Assembly: GCA_000004985.1 (NCBI GenBank)
Contig: GG738878.1
Length of the DNA: 64,000 nucleotides
Strand: one strand, 5' to 3'
Origin: Naegleria gruberi
Lineage: Eukaryota
The notes beneath the pieces are model-generated. The model made no database searches, was not told the DNA's origin, and saw only the letters and a program-made list of their open reading frames with translations. Shown in pieces: positions 11,378 through 22,415 of this stretch. The translations under genes and the position numbers were made by a program. Numbering within the stretch: the stretch's first letter is position 1; every line of letters starts with the position of its first letter.

Positions 11378-12634
11378 ATGAAAAAACTTGACTGCTCTGT
11401 GCAAAATTATTCCTGGGGAAGAAAAGGAAGCGAAAGTACAGTTGGAATTTTGTACGCCAACACAATAGTGGAAGGAAAAATTGATGAACAAAAACCCTAT
11501 GCAGAATTATGGATGGGAACTCATCCAAGTGGCCCATCTAAAGTAAAATTAGATGATCAGTCAGGTTCGGAATTACTTTCTGAATTTTTAAAACGAAATG
11601 TAGAACAATACTTTTCAAAAGAGGAAGTGAATGAATTCTTTGAAAAGAAGGGATATGAATTTGCTTCATTACCTTATCTTTTCAAAATTTTATCTGTAAA
11701 TCAAGCCCTTTCCATTCAGGCCCATCCTGATCAGACACTCGCTCAAAAATTGTTCAAAAACGACCCAGAACACTATAAGGATCCTTACCACAAACCAGAA
11801 CTATGTTGTGCATTGACAAAGTTTGAGGCTCTTTGTGCATTTCAAAATTTGGAATCAATTGTGGAAAATATCAAAAATATTGAATCGCTCCAATCACTTT
11901 TGAGAGCTCAAAATAATGAATTAATTGACTCTATTCTAAGTAATGATGTAAAGGATTCATCTCAAGATGATAGAAAGATTATTTTGAAGAGTTTATTTAA
12001 AAGTTTGATGACATCACCAAAATCTCTCGTAGAAGCCCATCTTCCAAACCTTGTAAAGAACCTCCAAAATTCTACCTCATCCAGAGATCAATTAATTCTT
12101 AGACTTTACAAAGATTATGGAAATGATATTGGATGTTTCTCAGTTTATTTCCTTAACCATGTTGAGTTACAACCTGGGGAAGGATTATTCTTAGGTCCAA
12201 ACGAACCTCACTCTTATCTTTATGGAGATTGTGTGGAGTGTATGGCATCATCTGACAATGTTGTTAGAGCAGGTTTGACACCAAAATTCATTGATACTGA
12301 AACACTTATTGAAATGTTGACGTACGACGATCATGCATTAGAAAAGATGAAGATGGGTGGTGAAAAAGTCAACCAATTTGAAACTTTATATACCACACCT
12401 GTTTCAGAATTCAAGGTTCAAAAAATTGTCTTGTCTAAAGGGGATAAGTACACTCTTACTCCAAATGCTATTACTATTGCTATTGTTATCAATGGAAGTG
12501 GTTTAGTGAATGGTGAAAACTCCAAGAAAGGAGATGTACTTCTTTTCCCTTTTAATTCCAAAACAGATCTTGAAAATTCTCATGAGGAATCTATGGAAAT
12601 ATTTGCTGCTACAACTAATATTCAAGCTAATTAG
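11378..12634 (+). CDS. Mannose-6-phosphate isomerase (phosphomannose isomerase, class I).
   Basis: Contains MKKLDCSVQNYSWG, YAELWMGTHPSGPS and LSIQAHPD, which are hallmark PMI class I zinc-binding motifs. The ORF track starts at 11351, but the PMI-conserved N-terminus begins at the ATG at 11378. Confidence 0.9.
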   Translation: MKKLDCSVQNYSWGRKGSESTVGILYANTIVEGKIDEQKPYAELWMGTHPSGPSKVKLDDQSGSELLSEFLKRNVEQYFSKEEVNEFFEKKGYEFASLPYLFKILSVNQALSIQAHPDQTLAQKLFKNDPEHYKDPYHKPELCCALTKFEALCAFQNLESIVENIKNIESLQSLLRAQNNELIDSILSNDVKDSSQDDRKIILKSLFKSLMTSPKSLVEAHLPNLVKNLQNSTSSRDQLILRLYKDYGNDIGCFSVYFLNHVELQPGEGLFLGPNEPHSYLYGDCVECMASSDNVVRAGLTPKFIDTETLIEMLTYDDHALEKMKMGGEKVNQFETLYTTPVSEFKVQKIVLSKGDKYTLTPNAITIAIVINGSGLVNGENSKKGDVLLFPFNSKTDLENSHEESMEIFAATTNIQAN

Positions 12635-14112
12635 TCATATTCGAAAAAATCTGTGTTTGGCATTTCTGGCAAGCTTTCAGGTGCTTCATCATATGTTTCT
12701 TTTTTGATTTGAGTAAAGTTATTTGTGAATGTTAGAAATTTGTTGGATTGAACAGTTTTCTGATCCTCATGTTTTACTTTCTTTAACAGTTCATCAGTGC
12801 TTAATTGATTAACTGGAAAGTAAGAAATACACTTTTGTAGAAAGTGGGGCAAAGGCTTTCCACAACAAATGCAAAAGGAAGTAGATAACTGAGCTAAATA
12901 CTGGAAGAATTGATGCTCATTCTCTTTCCACGTTTGAAATTTTATATCTTCTCCTATCTTGAAATTTTTAAAGTAGTTCAAAGTCTTTTCAATATCTTCC
13001 AAGTATTTGAGATCATAGTTTGATGTGTTCATATTTGGAGAGTTTAAAAATGTTGAAAAGTTTTCAATATCTGAAATATAGGTTAAAAGAAATTTCTTCA
13101 AATTAAGTAAATGTTGAATTCTATCTAGCCTTTTCATTTCGCTTTCCTCTGTTTTAACTTGGACTGAAGATAGCAATAATTCTTGTATTTGAGATACTAG
13201 ACTTCTGAAGAATTGTTCAATCTTAGGTATCAGTAATTGACTAGCCAATAATTCACTTCGTTTTTTGTAAATAAATTCCAATCTTTGAATTTCTTCACTA
13301 CTGTTATTGTTTAATGTATTCGGTAGACTGTCTTTGCTTTTTTGTTTAATAAAATGAAATGTAAATGGTTTGATGAATGAGGCATTAGAATAAAGAAAAC
13401 TAGGGCTTTCAACTTTGGGGGAAGAAATGTTTTGGCTTCTCGAGTATGATGAAGATATAAATGGTTGGGGAAGGAGATTGCATGTTGAGACAGAAAAGTT
13501 AGATGTCTTATCAACAAAAGGAGGTAGGATAAAGCTGTTTAGGGATGGAGAATGATTTTGGGATGGAGAGTATCTTACAGGAGTAATATTAGATTCTGAT
13601 AACTGTTTGTAGTTACCATTGTTTTGTGGTTTAGCTTTAAGGGCAGTAGATTGTTGGGAAACAACATTACTGAAAGAGTTGGTTTTGAAATGAATTTGGA
13701 GAAGTGAGCGAGGTTGAGAGGGAGGAAGGTGTCGAATAAGAGCAGAATTAGGTGTTGTAGGAGTGTTTGGGTTAATCATTTTCGATGACGATGATGGAGA
13801 GGTAAAACTGGAAATGTTGTTGTCATCTCGTGGAGGAATGAGTACTTGTAATTTCTTTTCCTCCAGAAATGAAGCAGAAAGTTTTTGTTTTTGATAGCTC
13901 CCTACTGTATTTTCAGTCAATTTCTTATCAGGACTTGTGTTATTCGTGAATAAGTCCCCTCCGCTCGCATGCATGTTACTGTCCACTTCACTGCAATCAT
14001 TAAATTCTAACATCTTCTTCCAAGATGTGATTGATCCACTATCTGTTGATGACTTATCATAAAACTGATTGTTGGGCGAATTACTTTCCGTAGATGTGTA
14101 TGGATTGTACAT
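12631..14112 (-). CDS. Hypothetical S/N/P-rich protein. Its stop codon overlaps the PMI stop by 4 nt on the opposite strand.
   Basis: 493-aa ORF with low-complexity S/N/T-rich N-terminal two thirds and a more structured C-terminal third. No recognisable domain. Confidence 0.4.
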   Translation of the reverse strand: MYNPYTSTESNSPNNQFYDKSSTDSGSITSWKKMLEFNDCSEVDSNMHASGGDLFTNNTSPDKKLTENTVGSYQKQKLSASFLEEKKLQVLIPPRDDNNISSFTSPSSSSKMINPNTPTTPNSALIRHLPPSQPRSLLQIHFKTNSFSNVVSQQSTALKAKPQNNGNYKQLSESNITPVRYSPSQNHSPSLNSFILPPFVDKTSNFSVSTCNLLPQPFISSSYSRSQNISSPKVESPSFLYSNASFIKPFTFHFIKQKSKDSLPNTLNNNSSEEIQRLEFIYKKRSELLASQLLIPKIEQFFRSLVSQIQELLLSSVQVKTEESEMKRLDRIQHLLNLKKFLLTYISDIENFSTFLNSPNMNTSNYDLKYLEDIEKTLNYFKNFKIGEDIKFQTWKENEHQFFQYLAQLSTSFCICCGKPLPHFLQKCISYFPVNQLSTDELLKKVKHEDQKTVQSNKFLTFTNNFTQIKKETYDEAPESLPEMPNTDFFEYD

Positions 14113-15042
14113 TCCTTCTCAATGATCATATTGTGAGAGTATTTCAACAAGGTGTGTTACTTTGATTTTGATCCGAGTTGATATACAAGTAAATTTCAAT
14201 ACTTGTGCAATGGAAATATTAATTGATCAAATTAAATATTAATTTCGGTTAAAAGGTTTTCTTGTTGAAAATCCACTTCTAAACAATAAACTATTGCAAT
14301 AGATGTTAATTCTCTTTTCAAATATAATATTTGCACTAGATGAAAACAATAATAACTTGGAAGATGATCTGATCAGAAGAACTCTCACAACAACAATACT
14401 GTCAAAAAACAACAATTGGGTCACAGAGTAAGAAAACTTCTCAGATCTTATCTAGAAAACAGTAACTAACTACAAACAAGAAACTATTACAACAACAAGA
14501 GAATGAACACTCTTCACAGGGAGTTTAATGGTTTTTTTTAAGCGGAATGAACAAAGGCCTTTGTACGGTTCCTCCTTTCAATCTCTTCTTTTTGTGTCTG
14601 ACAAAGATCACAAACAAGGCTCTCTGAAAGAGCGAAAATTAAATTGATACTGTGTTGGTTAGATATTAAAATGAATGAGAGTACCCTGTTGTAGTTCAAA
14701 TGTTGGAAGGATACTTTTCTTACGATCTTACTTTGTCGATCTGTTGGATATCAAACAAAGATTGAGATCTTAATGTTATCAGTGTTTGAAAATTTGTAAA
14801 TCTAGATCAAAAGATATGTGAAGAAAGATTTGTTGGTCTCTTGATAGATCAAAATACAAAGCCCTAATTAGTGCGTTATCAACGTTGCCAATCATTTCTC
14901 TATGTTTGTACCTAAGGGTTTTATCTTGATTGGGTAATTTGAGGGTAATCTGAGATTTTGTATCTTTTCTTTAAATTTCATTGTAATCAATAGAACGAAC
15001 ATTAAGAACCAATTAATTTAAGTGAGCTCTATATTTTTCCAA

Positions 15043-16816
15043 CTATTGAATTATTGTTCCAAAACATTGGAAAGAGCTTTGAATGGCATTTTTCTTACAT
15101 AAACCAATATCAATTATCATATTCTGCTTTGGTTCTGTATAAGTTGTAAAGTAGGCATTCGTTTTAGGGGATTTCTCTAACTTGTATATTACAAGAGGAG
15201 TCGGAGCTTCATTATCAACAATTGAATTGCATGGAATCTCTGAGAATGAAGCTAACATCCTTAATTGACCATATTTTGCTACCTCGTTTGTAATTACTGA
15301 TAAATATGTTTTGTTTACATCTTTCATCATGTCCACATATTCCTCCAACAATAAATTGGTATTATTTGTTAAAGTCTTACTTAATGACTCCAATGTTTTG
15401 GTAACTAAATCCAACTCGTTTGATAGATCCAAAATGGATAGTACAGATGGATCATATTTTATCCTTTCCTTGAAATACTGAGCTAACAAAAATTCCGTTA
15501 ATCCTCCTCCAGGTAGAACATACGGATTGGAAACAAAGAGTTTGAGACTCGTTTGGAGACCTTTCATCACTTCTTCCAATTCTTGCGTTATCAGTGGAGA
15601 GTTCGAGCACAGTACAACAGAGTATACGTCCGACATTTCATTGCTCACATGAATACAGCTTGAGTGGTTTAAATGATAAATTATAATAATAAAAATCTTA
15701 CCTTCTACCTCCAATTTCCACTTCAGATACAGATGTCAAAGAACCAATCTCAGAATTGGTCAACTCGGTAAATATTGAGGACAAAGGGGTGCAGCCAGAG
15801 ATTTTCTTGAAATTTTCAAAATTGAATACTGAAATTCTTTCTAAACAGAGAATACCCTCATTTGCTAGAATTAATTGAACACTTTTTTCAATTACTTTTT
15901 GAGAAACGACAAGTTGAATTCCCAACTTTTTCCATTCCTTGATACAATCTCTTAGTTTGGAAATAAATTCCTTAGAAGTTGTTTTTTGAGGAACCAACTT
16001 AACTGTTGCTCCTATATTACTCTCACTATATTCTTCCATTTTCTTTGCTTCTATATATACAGATTCCTTTAAAAGTACAACTTTGACATTGGTTAAATCT
16101 TGTTTTTTTCTCGATTTTATGATGTGTGGGAATGGCATGTTAAAGTAAAGACCATTCACTACTCGGCTATCTGAAACCCTTACATTATCTCCATTGATAT
16201 GATGATAAATGAAATCATTTCTCGCTCCAAATCTATTCTTACTCATTTTAGGTAGAATATCACATAATAATTTAAGGGACAACATTGTCATGTGCTCCAC
16301 TTCATATTGAGATAGATCCAAAAGTTTATCACTTCTCCATTTCAATATAGATAATTGTTTTAAATTATTAAAATCCACGTCTACCACTAATTTGTGACTT
16401 TCAACAAATTCCTCAATCCACTGAGGAATAATATTCTGCAATAGATAAGTCAATTTAAATAAAGAATAATTTCCGGTCTTGTAATTAATAAATAAATTCA
16501 ATATCAAGTAACCAAAACAACTTCCATAACTTCCACATTGTATGAGATGAGACTTGAGAAAACTTTTAATAATCTTCATCACAACCAATTCTTCATCATT
16601 AAATTCAGTCCTATCAAATAATTCAAATTTTAATAATCCCGAAGAACAATTTGTCATACAAATATCAGAATCTCTTTTTAATTCTTTTCCAATAATTGTA
16701 ATACATCCATTAGGTCCACAATTAGTAAAAAGTCGAAGTGTTTCATAGAATACAGAAAGGGGAGAACCTTTGTATTTTGATCGACTTGTTGAGGGTGGAG
16801 TTGTATTATTGAGCAT
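15043..16816 (-). CDS. Divergent group-II chaperonin (TCP-1/CCT family)-like protein, reminiscent of MKKS/BBS-type chaperonin-like proteins. Two exons on the minus strand: 16816-15702 and 15658-15043.
   Basis: Intron 15659-15701 (GTAAGA..AG) fuses the two ORFs in frame (..VEIGGR|S|CIHV..). It has the CCT-like N-terminal GPNG..ITIIG..MTNCSSGLL and the C-terminal VLPGGGLTEFLL equatorial-domain motif. The canonical GDGTT ATP-binding motif is degenerate (CGSYGSCFGYL). Confidence 0.55.
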
Positions 16817-16840
16817 TTTTTTAAATTGTATTCAAATTGT

Positions 16841-18142
16841 TTATTCCTTCTTTGGATACTTGAGCCCAGTCAATGAAGGTTTAATATAAATTGGACAAGT
16901 AAGAACAGCATCCGCACCAAAACCCACAGCACATGTAACTACAATATTGTAGCTAACTTGAATGAGTTTAGAGTTATTGATAGATGCCATCCAAAAAGCT
17001 CTATTTTCAAAATTATCATATTGTTCAGAGTTTTCAGCTTTTGACTCTATAGAACGATAGGATGGAATTTCAAAAGTAATCTTGGTTTCATAATTTTCTT
17101 CAGATAAAACAATCTTATCAATTTGTTTCTCAAACATTACAATATTTTCTTTTTCCTCAGCTGGTTTGCTCTCGAAAAACTTTAATCCACCTTCTTCCTT
17201 TTCCTCAGTTTCAATATGTCTAAATTCTTGAATAAGAGCAACATGGATGCTGTTCACAGTCTTGGTTGATTGATTATTAACTTGAAGACTGAAAACGATA
17301 TCATCGTCATACATTCTGAAAGTATTTCTAGCAAAATTACATCCAACCTTCAGCTTTTTTGCACTAAATAAATACTTTTTAGATGTTTCAAAGTGCATGG
17401 TTGATTTTCCAGAAACTCCTTCAATAGTAGGATAGAGTTCACTCACAAAGAGAATGCATGATTTTTCAATCTTACAAGTATGCAAAGATTGTTCATTACT
17501 AACAACTTTCTTTTCCTTTGGATGATGAGCAGCAACAACTGATGTATGTGCATTGTGTTCATGGTGCTGATGATTAACTTTAATTTCGTGTTGTTCCGTA
17601 ACTAAGAAGGCTTTAAATTTGTAACAAATAGAATATTGTGTATCGTGTCTTTCGTGGAATGTGCTAGTAGGAATTCTATCTGGGAGAGTATAGGAGAATG
17701 GATACGAATGTTGTCCAATATCTAAATCTTCATTCATAAAGTCTTTAATTAACATATAATCCACAAAGTAGACATGTTCTTTTACAACTTCATATTCATT
17801 GCTTTCATTCTTTTTCGAATGTCTTTCAAAAGCTTTACATCTCAAAACAAGTTTTTTAGATACAGATGAATCCAAAGTACTTGTTAATTTTACATCAATA
17901 AATCCGGATACACAATCATGTTCCTTGATAAATTTCTTGTCATTATTTGAAACTCTGATACGAATAGAACCTCCGGAAGTAATTGTATTCTTAAATTTAA
18001 AACGTTCCAGAGTAGATTGAGGAATTATTGATGATGGTGTGATGGGAACATCTTCAACTGTAACAAGAATATTATCTGGTGGTGGAGAGTGTCCAAGATC
18101 AAAGCCATTGTTGACGATGTGCTCATCCGATGCAGAGTTCAT
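16841..18142 (-). CDS. Arrestin-domain-containing protein (ARRDC/Aly-like).
   Basis: An arrestin-N-like beta-sandwich (SGFIDVKLTSTLDSSVSKKLVLRCKAFER) followed by the hallmark YPFSYTLPDRIPTSTF motif, then a second arrestin-C-like half. A His-rich insert (HQHHEHNAHTS) is present. Confidence 0.65.
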   Translation of the reverse strand: MNSASDEHIVNNGFDLGHSPPPDNILVTVEDVPITPSSIIPQSTLERFKFKNTITSGGSIRIRVSNNDKKFIKEHDCVSGFIDVKLTSTLDSSVSKKLVLRCKAFERHSKKNESNEYEVVKEHVYFVDYMLIKDFMNEDLDIGQHSYPFSYTLPDRIPTSTFHERHDTQYSICYKFKAFLVTEQHEIKVNHQHHEHNAHTSVVAAHHPKEKKVVSNEQSLHTCKIEKSCILFVSELYPTIEGVSGKSTMHFETSKKYLFSAKKLKVGCNFARNTFRMYDDDIVFSLQVNNQSTKTVNSIHVALIQEFRHIETEEKEEGGLKFFESKPAEEKENIVMFEKQIDKIVLSEENYETKITFEIPSYRSIESKAENSEQYDNFENRAFWMASINNSKLIQVSYNIVVTCAVGFGADAVLTCPIYIKPSLTGLKYPKKE

Positions 18143-18362
18143 TTTTTATGATTGGTAAATAACTAATCTTTATTTGTTTGTTAAATAATACTTCTCGTCA
18201 TAATACCATGCGTATAATATTATATTTTTCGCAGCAGTAATCGAATTGAAAATCCATCAATCATCCCACAATCAAAGATGTTAAATCATCTCAAAAGTTT
18301 TGCTGTTTTCGAGGTAATAATGAAGTAATAAGGAAACAAATCTAGAGCTTTAATGTGAAATA

Positions 18363-20102
18363 TTAAACTTTTATTGGAGCCTTAGTTTCCTGTTCTCTTT
18401 GTAAACCTCTGAACATTTTACCGAATGGTTTGTTAGGAATGAATCTTCCACTTCCTGCTTCCACATTTAATTGACCATTTTCCCAGACAACTTTACCATT
18501 AGAGATTGTCACTTCAACAACTCCTGTTACTTGTCTTCCTTCATAGACATTATAGTCAATGTTTTGATGATGTGTTTTAGCACTGATGATTCTTGTAGCA
18601 TTTGGATTCAAAATGATAATGTCAGCATCAGATCCAACTTGAATAGCTCCTTTTTGTGGGTAAATGTTAAAGATTTGAGCAGCTTCAGTGCTGGTAACTC
18701 TAACAAAATCACTTGGAGATAATTCACCACTTGCTACGAGTTTATCAAAGAGAACTGACATTCTATCTTCTAAGCCATTGACACCATTTGGAATCTTTCT
18801 AAAATCACCAAGACCCATCTTTTTTTGCTCACTATCGAAAGTGCAGTGGTCAGTTCCTGTTAAATCAAGAATTCTATTCTTAAGACCTGCAATAAGCGCC
18901 TTTTGATCCTCAATTCCTCTAATTGGAGGTGACATGACAAATCTTGCTCTATCCATCCAACTGCCCTTATAATATACACTGTCATCAAGTGATAAACCAG
19001 CAGCGATTGGCTCACCAACAATTCTATAGCCCTTTGCTTTAGCATGAGCAACTTCTTCCATTGCTTCCTTACTCATGACATGAACAATATCTGCCAATTA
19101 ATTAGTTGTTCAAGTTCAAATAAGGTAAAATAACTTACATAATGGAGCATTACCAACAGAGTAGGCAATTTCAGAGGCACGTCGAACAGCCTCAGCTTCA
19201 ACATTTGAAGGTCTGCTTTGTGGATGGCCCTCAGGTCCTGTAATATTAAATTCATTGAACAACCTTGTTTGGCCTTTTACTACCAAATCACCATTCTCTG
19301 CATGCACTTGAGAAATGGCTCCAATACTCATGGCAGTCTTGAATCCATTATATAATTCCTCATCATTGACTTGGAAAACTCCCTTATAAGCCATGAAGAA
19401 TTTAAAACTATTAATTCCATGATTTTCCACAAGTTCTTTCATTTGTTGAGCAGTATTTTCATTAAATCCTGTAATTCCAACATGGAATGAATAATCTGCA
19501 CAAGCCAATTTTTCTCCTCTCCTCTTATATTCATTGACAATATCAAGATAAGTTTCTCCTTTAGCTGGAATTGCACTTTATCAACATCTTTCCAATTGAC
19601 TAGTAAATTATAAACAACTTACAAATCCATAATCATGGTGGTTCCTCCTGCAAGTGCAGCTCTTGTTCCGTGATAAAAGTCATCCTTACTAATTGTTCCC
19701 ACTTTTGGATAATTGTGTGTGATTAAACTATTAAATATAACATAATTACATACTAAATTTAAGTGCCAAATGGACATGAGGATCAATACCTCCAGGCATT
19801 ACATATCTGTTAGAAGCATCAATTAATCTGACTTGACGATCCTCCTTCTCTTCTTGTTTTAGAATGTGATCGTAACTTTGATCATCATGAAGCACATTAA
19901 CAATTTTTCCATCTTTAATAACTACTGTTCCTTTGAATTCAAGATCGTGCGTTACGATGGTACCTCCATGGATTACTATTGTGATTGGTGCATATCGTAT
20001 GGTAACAAGTTGTGGTTCATCTTGATGTTGTGCCAACACTACACAAAGAAACAGAGAAATGATCAATGTGGTGATCAAAAGAAATGTTGTTCGCCCTTGC
20101 AT
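18363..20102 (-). CDS. Dihydropyrimidinase/hydantoinase (cyclic amidohydrolase) with an N-terminal signal/anchor peptide. About five exons on the minus strand.
   Basis: Exon 1 carries GGIDPHVHL (metal-binding HxH). Exon 2 carries DDFYHGTRAALAGGTTMIMD. Exon 3 carries CADYSFHVGITGF..QVHAENGD..ITGPEGHPQSRP..EAEAV. The last exon carries VHVMSKEAMEEVAHAKAKG..GSDADIIILNP. Introns have GTATGT/GTAAGT donors at about 19746, 19640 and 19115. The most likely start codon is at 20102 (MQGRTTFLLITTLI..). Confidence 0.85.
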
Positions 20103-20321
20103 TGTTTGTTGGATTTTTCTTTTTTCTTGTGGTATGCACTTTACAATGCTGTTTGAGTCATTTGCGTCTTTTTGGAATAGCTTTTCTCTTTTGGTTTGCC
20201 TGATGAACAAGCAAAATTTCAGTAGGGCGGAGAAACATGGGCAAGAGCTTTTTTTGCACCTTTAAGGATGTTTCATTTAAGAACTGTACAATTTATTTTA
20301 CATTTTATTTGGGCATTGAAT

Positions 20322-22363
20322 TTAGACGGAGAACTTCCAGGTCTTACACATGAAATCTTCACCACCAGAAACAAATGTTTCACTATCAATGAATGCACAA
20401 GTGGAAACACCCAAATGGTGAGCCATGTCAGTCTTAACTCTCTTACCAGCAGCAAGATCCCAAACAATCAAGTTCTTATCAAGTGAACAAGTAAGCATAT
20501 ACTTGCTATCATCAGACCAATCGACATCAACAACAGCAGATGAGTGATAAGTCATGTTGGAATACTTTGGTTTCCATGATGCAGTATCAAAAATAACAAC
20601 ATCATAAGCACTATCAGCTGAAGCTAAAAGAGCACCATCTGGAGAGTAAGAAACCTTTTGAATCTTGGCTGTGTTTTCAGCAAGTTCAGTGGCACCGTCA
20701 ACAATCTTTTGACCAGCAACCTTATAAACACGAATCTTCTTATCCTTACAACCAACAGCAATTTCACTACCATCAGGCTTAATTGAGATAGATTGTGGAT
20801 CCTTATCAATCTTGACTTCAGACAAAATCTTACCATCAGCAGAGAGCAAAGTAGCACCAACGTGAGTTGAGATGGCAACCAAATTTCCATCAGCAGAGAC
20901 AGAAACATCATTTGGAGAACCGAGCAAAGTAGTGGCATCACCAACATATGTGAAATCTGAAAGATTGACCAAACGAACTTCGTTATTTTGAGCAGCAGTA
21001 ATCAACTTGTCACCAGCAATAGCCATAGTATTAATAGTAACATCTTGGTGCCCATTTCCTTGAACCTTAGCAACACTACCAACACCAACTTCCCATTTAA
21101 TCAATTGACCACCAGTTGAACAAGTGTAGAAGAATTTACCACCAGATTTCTTATCAACAACAATCTTGTTGACACGAGCATTGTGACCCAAAATCTTTCT
21201 TTCAACACGAGTACAATCCTTAGAGAGAACGTTCAAATCACCGTTCAAAGAAATTGAAACAGGAACACCAGCAATTACTGAAACACCAACTTGAATATCA
21301 TTGGTAGAATCTCCAATAACAGTGGTAGCAACACATTCCTTAGTATCAATATTCCACAATTTGACAGACTTATCACCAGAAGCAGTGACAATATGCTTGT
21401 TGTCCAAATAGGACAAACCATAGATTGAGAGCTTGTGACCATTGGTTTGAGACAATTCACCAAGTTTTTCACCAGTCTTTCCTTCAAAGAAAATAACCTT
21501 CTTATCAGATGAGCAAGAAGCAAAAGTACTTCCGTCTGGTGAATAACGAATACAGTTAATGAAACGTTCGTGATCCTTGTTTGAGTGAGAGAACTTGAAT
21601 GGAGGACCAGTGAAAAAGTTCAAAGACAAATCAGCACCACCAGTGGCAATTCTGAATGGTCTTTCTGGACGAGAATCACAAGTGAGAACTTCCTTTGAGT
21701 GAGCAGAAATTTCACCAGTATTAGTACCCATATCATAAGCAAAAACAGCTCCGTATTCTTGTTTACCATCACCAACAGCAACAACACGTTGGGAATCACC
21801 AGTCCAAGCCAAATCACGAACACTCTTTGACAAGACACGCTTTTCCAATTTGATGGTCTTGTCAGCATTTTCAGTTGACCAAATACGAACATTACCTGAC
21901 TCATCTCCTGAAGCAATGTAAAAACCTGTTGGTGCGAACTTTGCAACATTGACCTTATGAGTGTGTTGAGTATAATAGTCAATAGAAAGCAAATTGTTCA
22001 AATCACGGATCAAAACATTGGTTCCAGAACCATAGGTGAATTTACCAGACTTGGAGGCAGGAGCAGCAGAAATAAAAGTTGGACGGCCTCTTTCGGTATT
22101 TGGGACACCACCGTATACGTTTTCTTTATAAAATGTTATTGTTGTTATTTGCAGTAGTATCACACGACATCATCATGATTCAAACAAATCATTGTATACA
22201 ACAGATCAAAGTGTCGGTATCATTATTAATCATCAATGATAATACATTGTATTCATTATCCGCATCAAATCATCATGTATACACCAACATCAAAAAAGAA
22301 TCATCAAGCTTAAGATATTCCTTGCCCAAGCGAGAAAAAATACTTACGGAGAGAGATGGACAT
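20322..22363 (-). CDS. Actin-interacting protein 1 (AIP1/WDR1) WD40 double-propeller protein. A 16-nt first exon (22363-22348) is followed by an intron at 22124-22347 and a main exon 22123-20322.
   Basis: ATGTCCATCTCTCTCC followed by a GTAAGT donor. The AG acceptor at 22124/22125 keeps the frame, giving MSISLQNVYGGVPNTERGRPTFISAAPASKSGKFTYGSGTNVLIRDLNN, a typical AIP1 N-terminus. The remaining 600 aa are WD repeats. Confidence 0.85.
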
Positions 22364-22415
22364 TTTTTTTTGTGTTGAATTGTGATGGCTTGTATTGACG
22401 ACTTGAAGCTTTTTG
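22364..22415. promoter_or_regulatory. A 52-bp divergent intergenic region between the AIP1 ATG (minus strand) and the cytochrome P450 ATG (plus strand). This is a presumed minimal bidirectional promoter.
   Basis: Start codons at 22363 (minus) and 22416 (plus). The intervening sequence is T-rich (cattttttttttgtgttgaattgtg). Confidence 0.4.

Noticed and set aside
20624-21982. Several plus- or minus-frame ORFs (20624-20947, 21275-21523, 21620-21982, 21957-22157) overlapping the AIP1 gene.
   Set aside because: The leucine- and valine-rich nonsense translations arise from the GC-poorer alternative frames of a WD-repeat gene. The in-frame AIP1 ORF explains the region.
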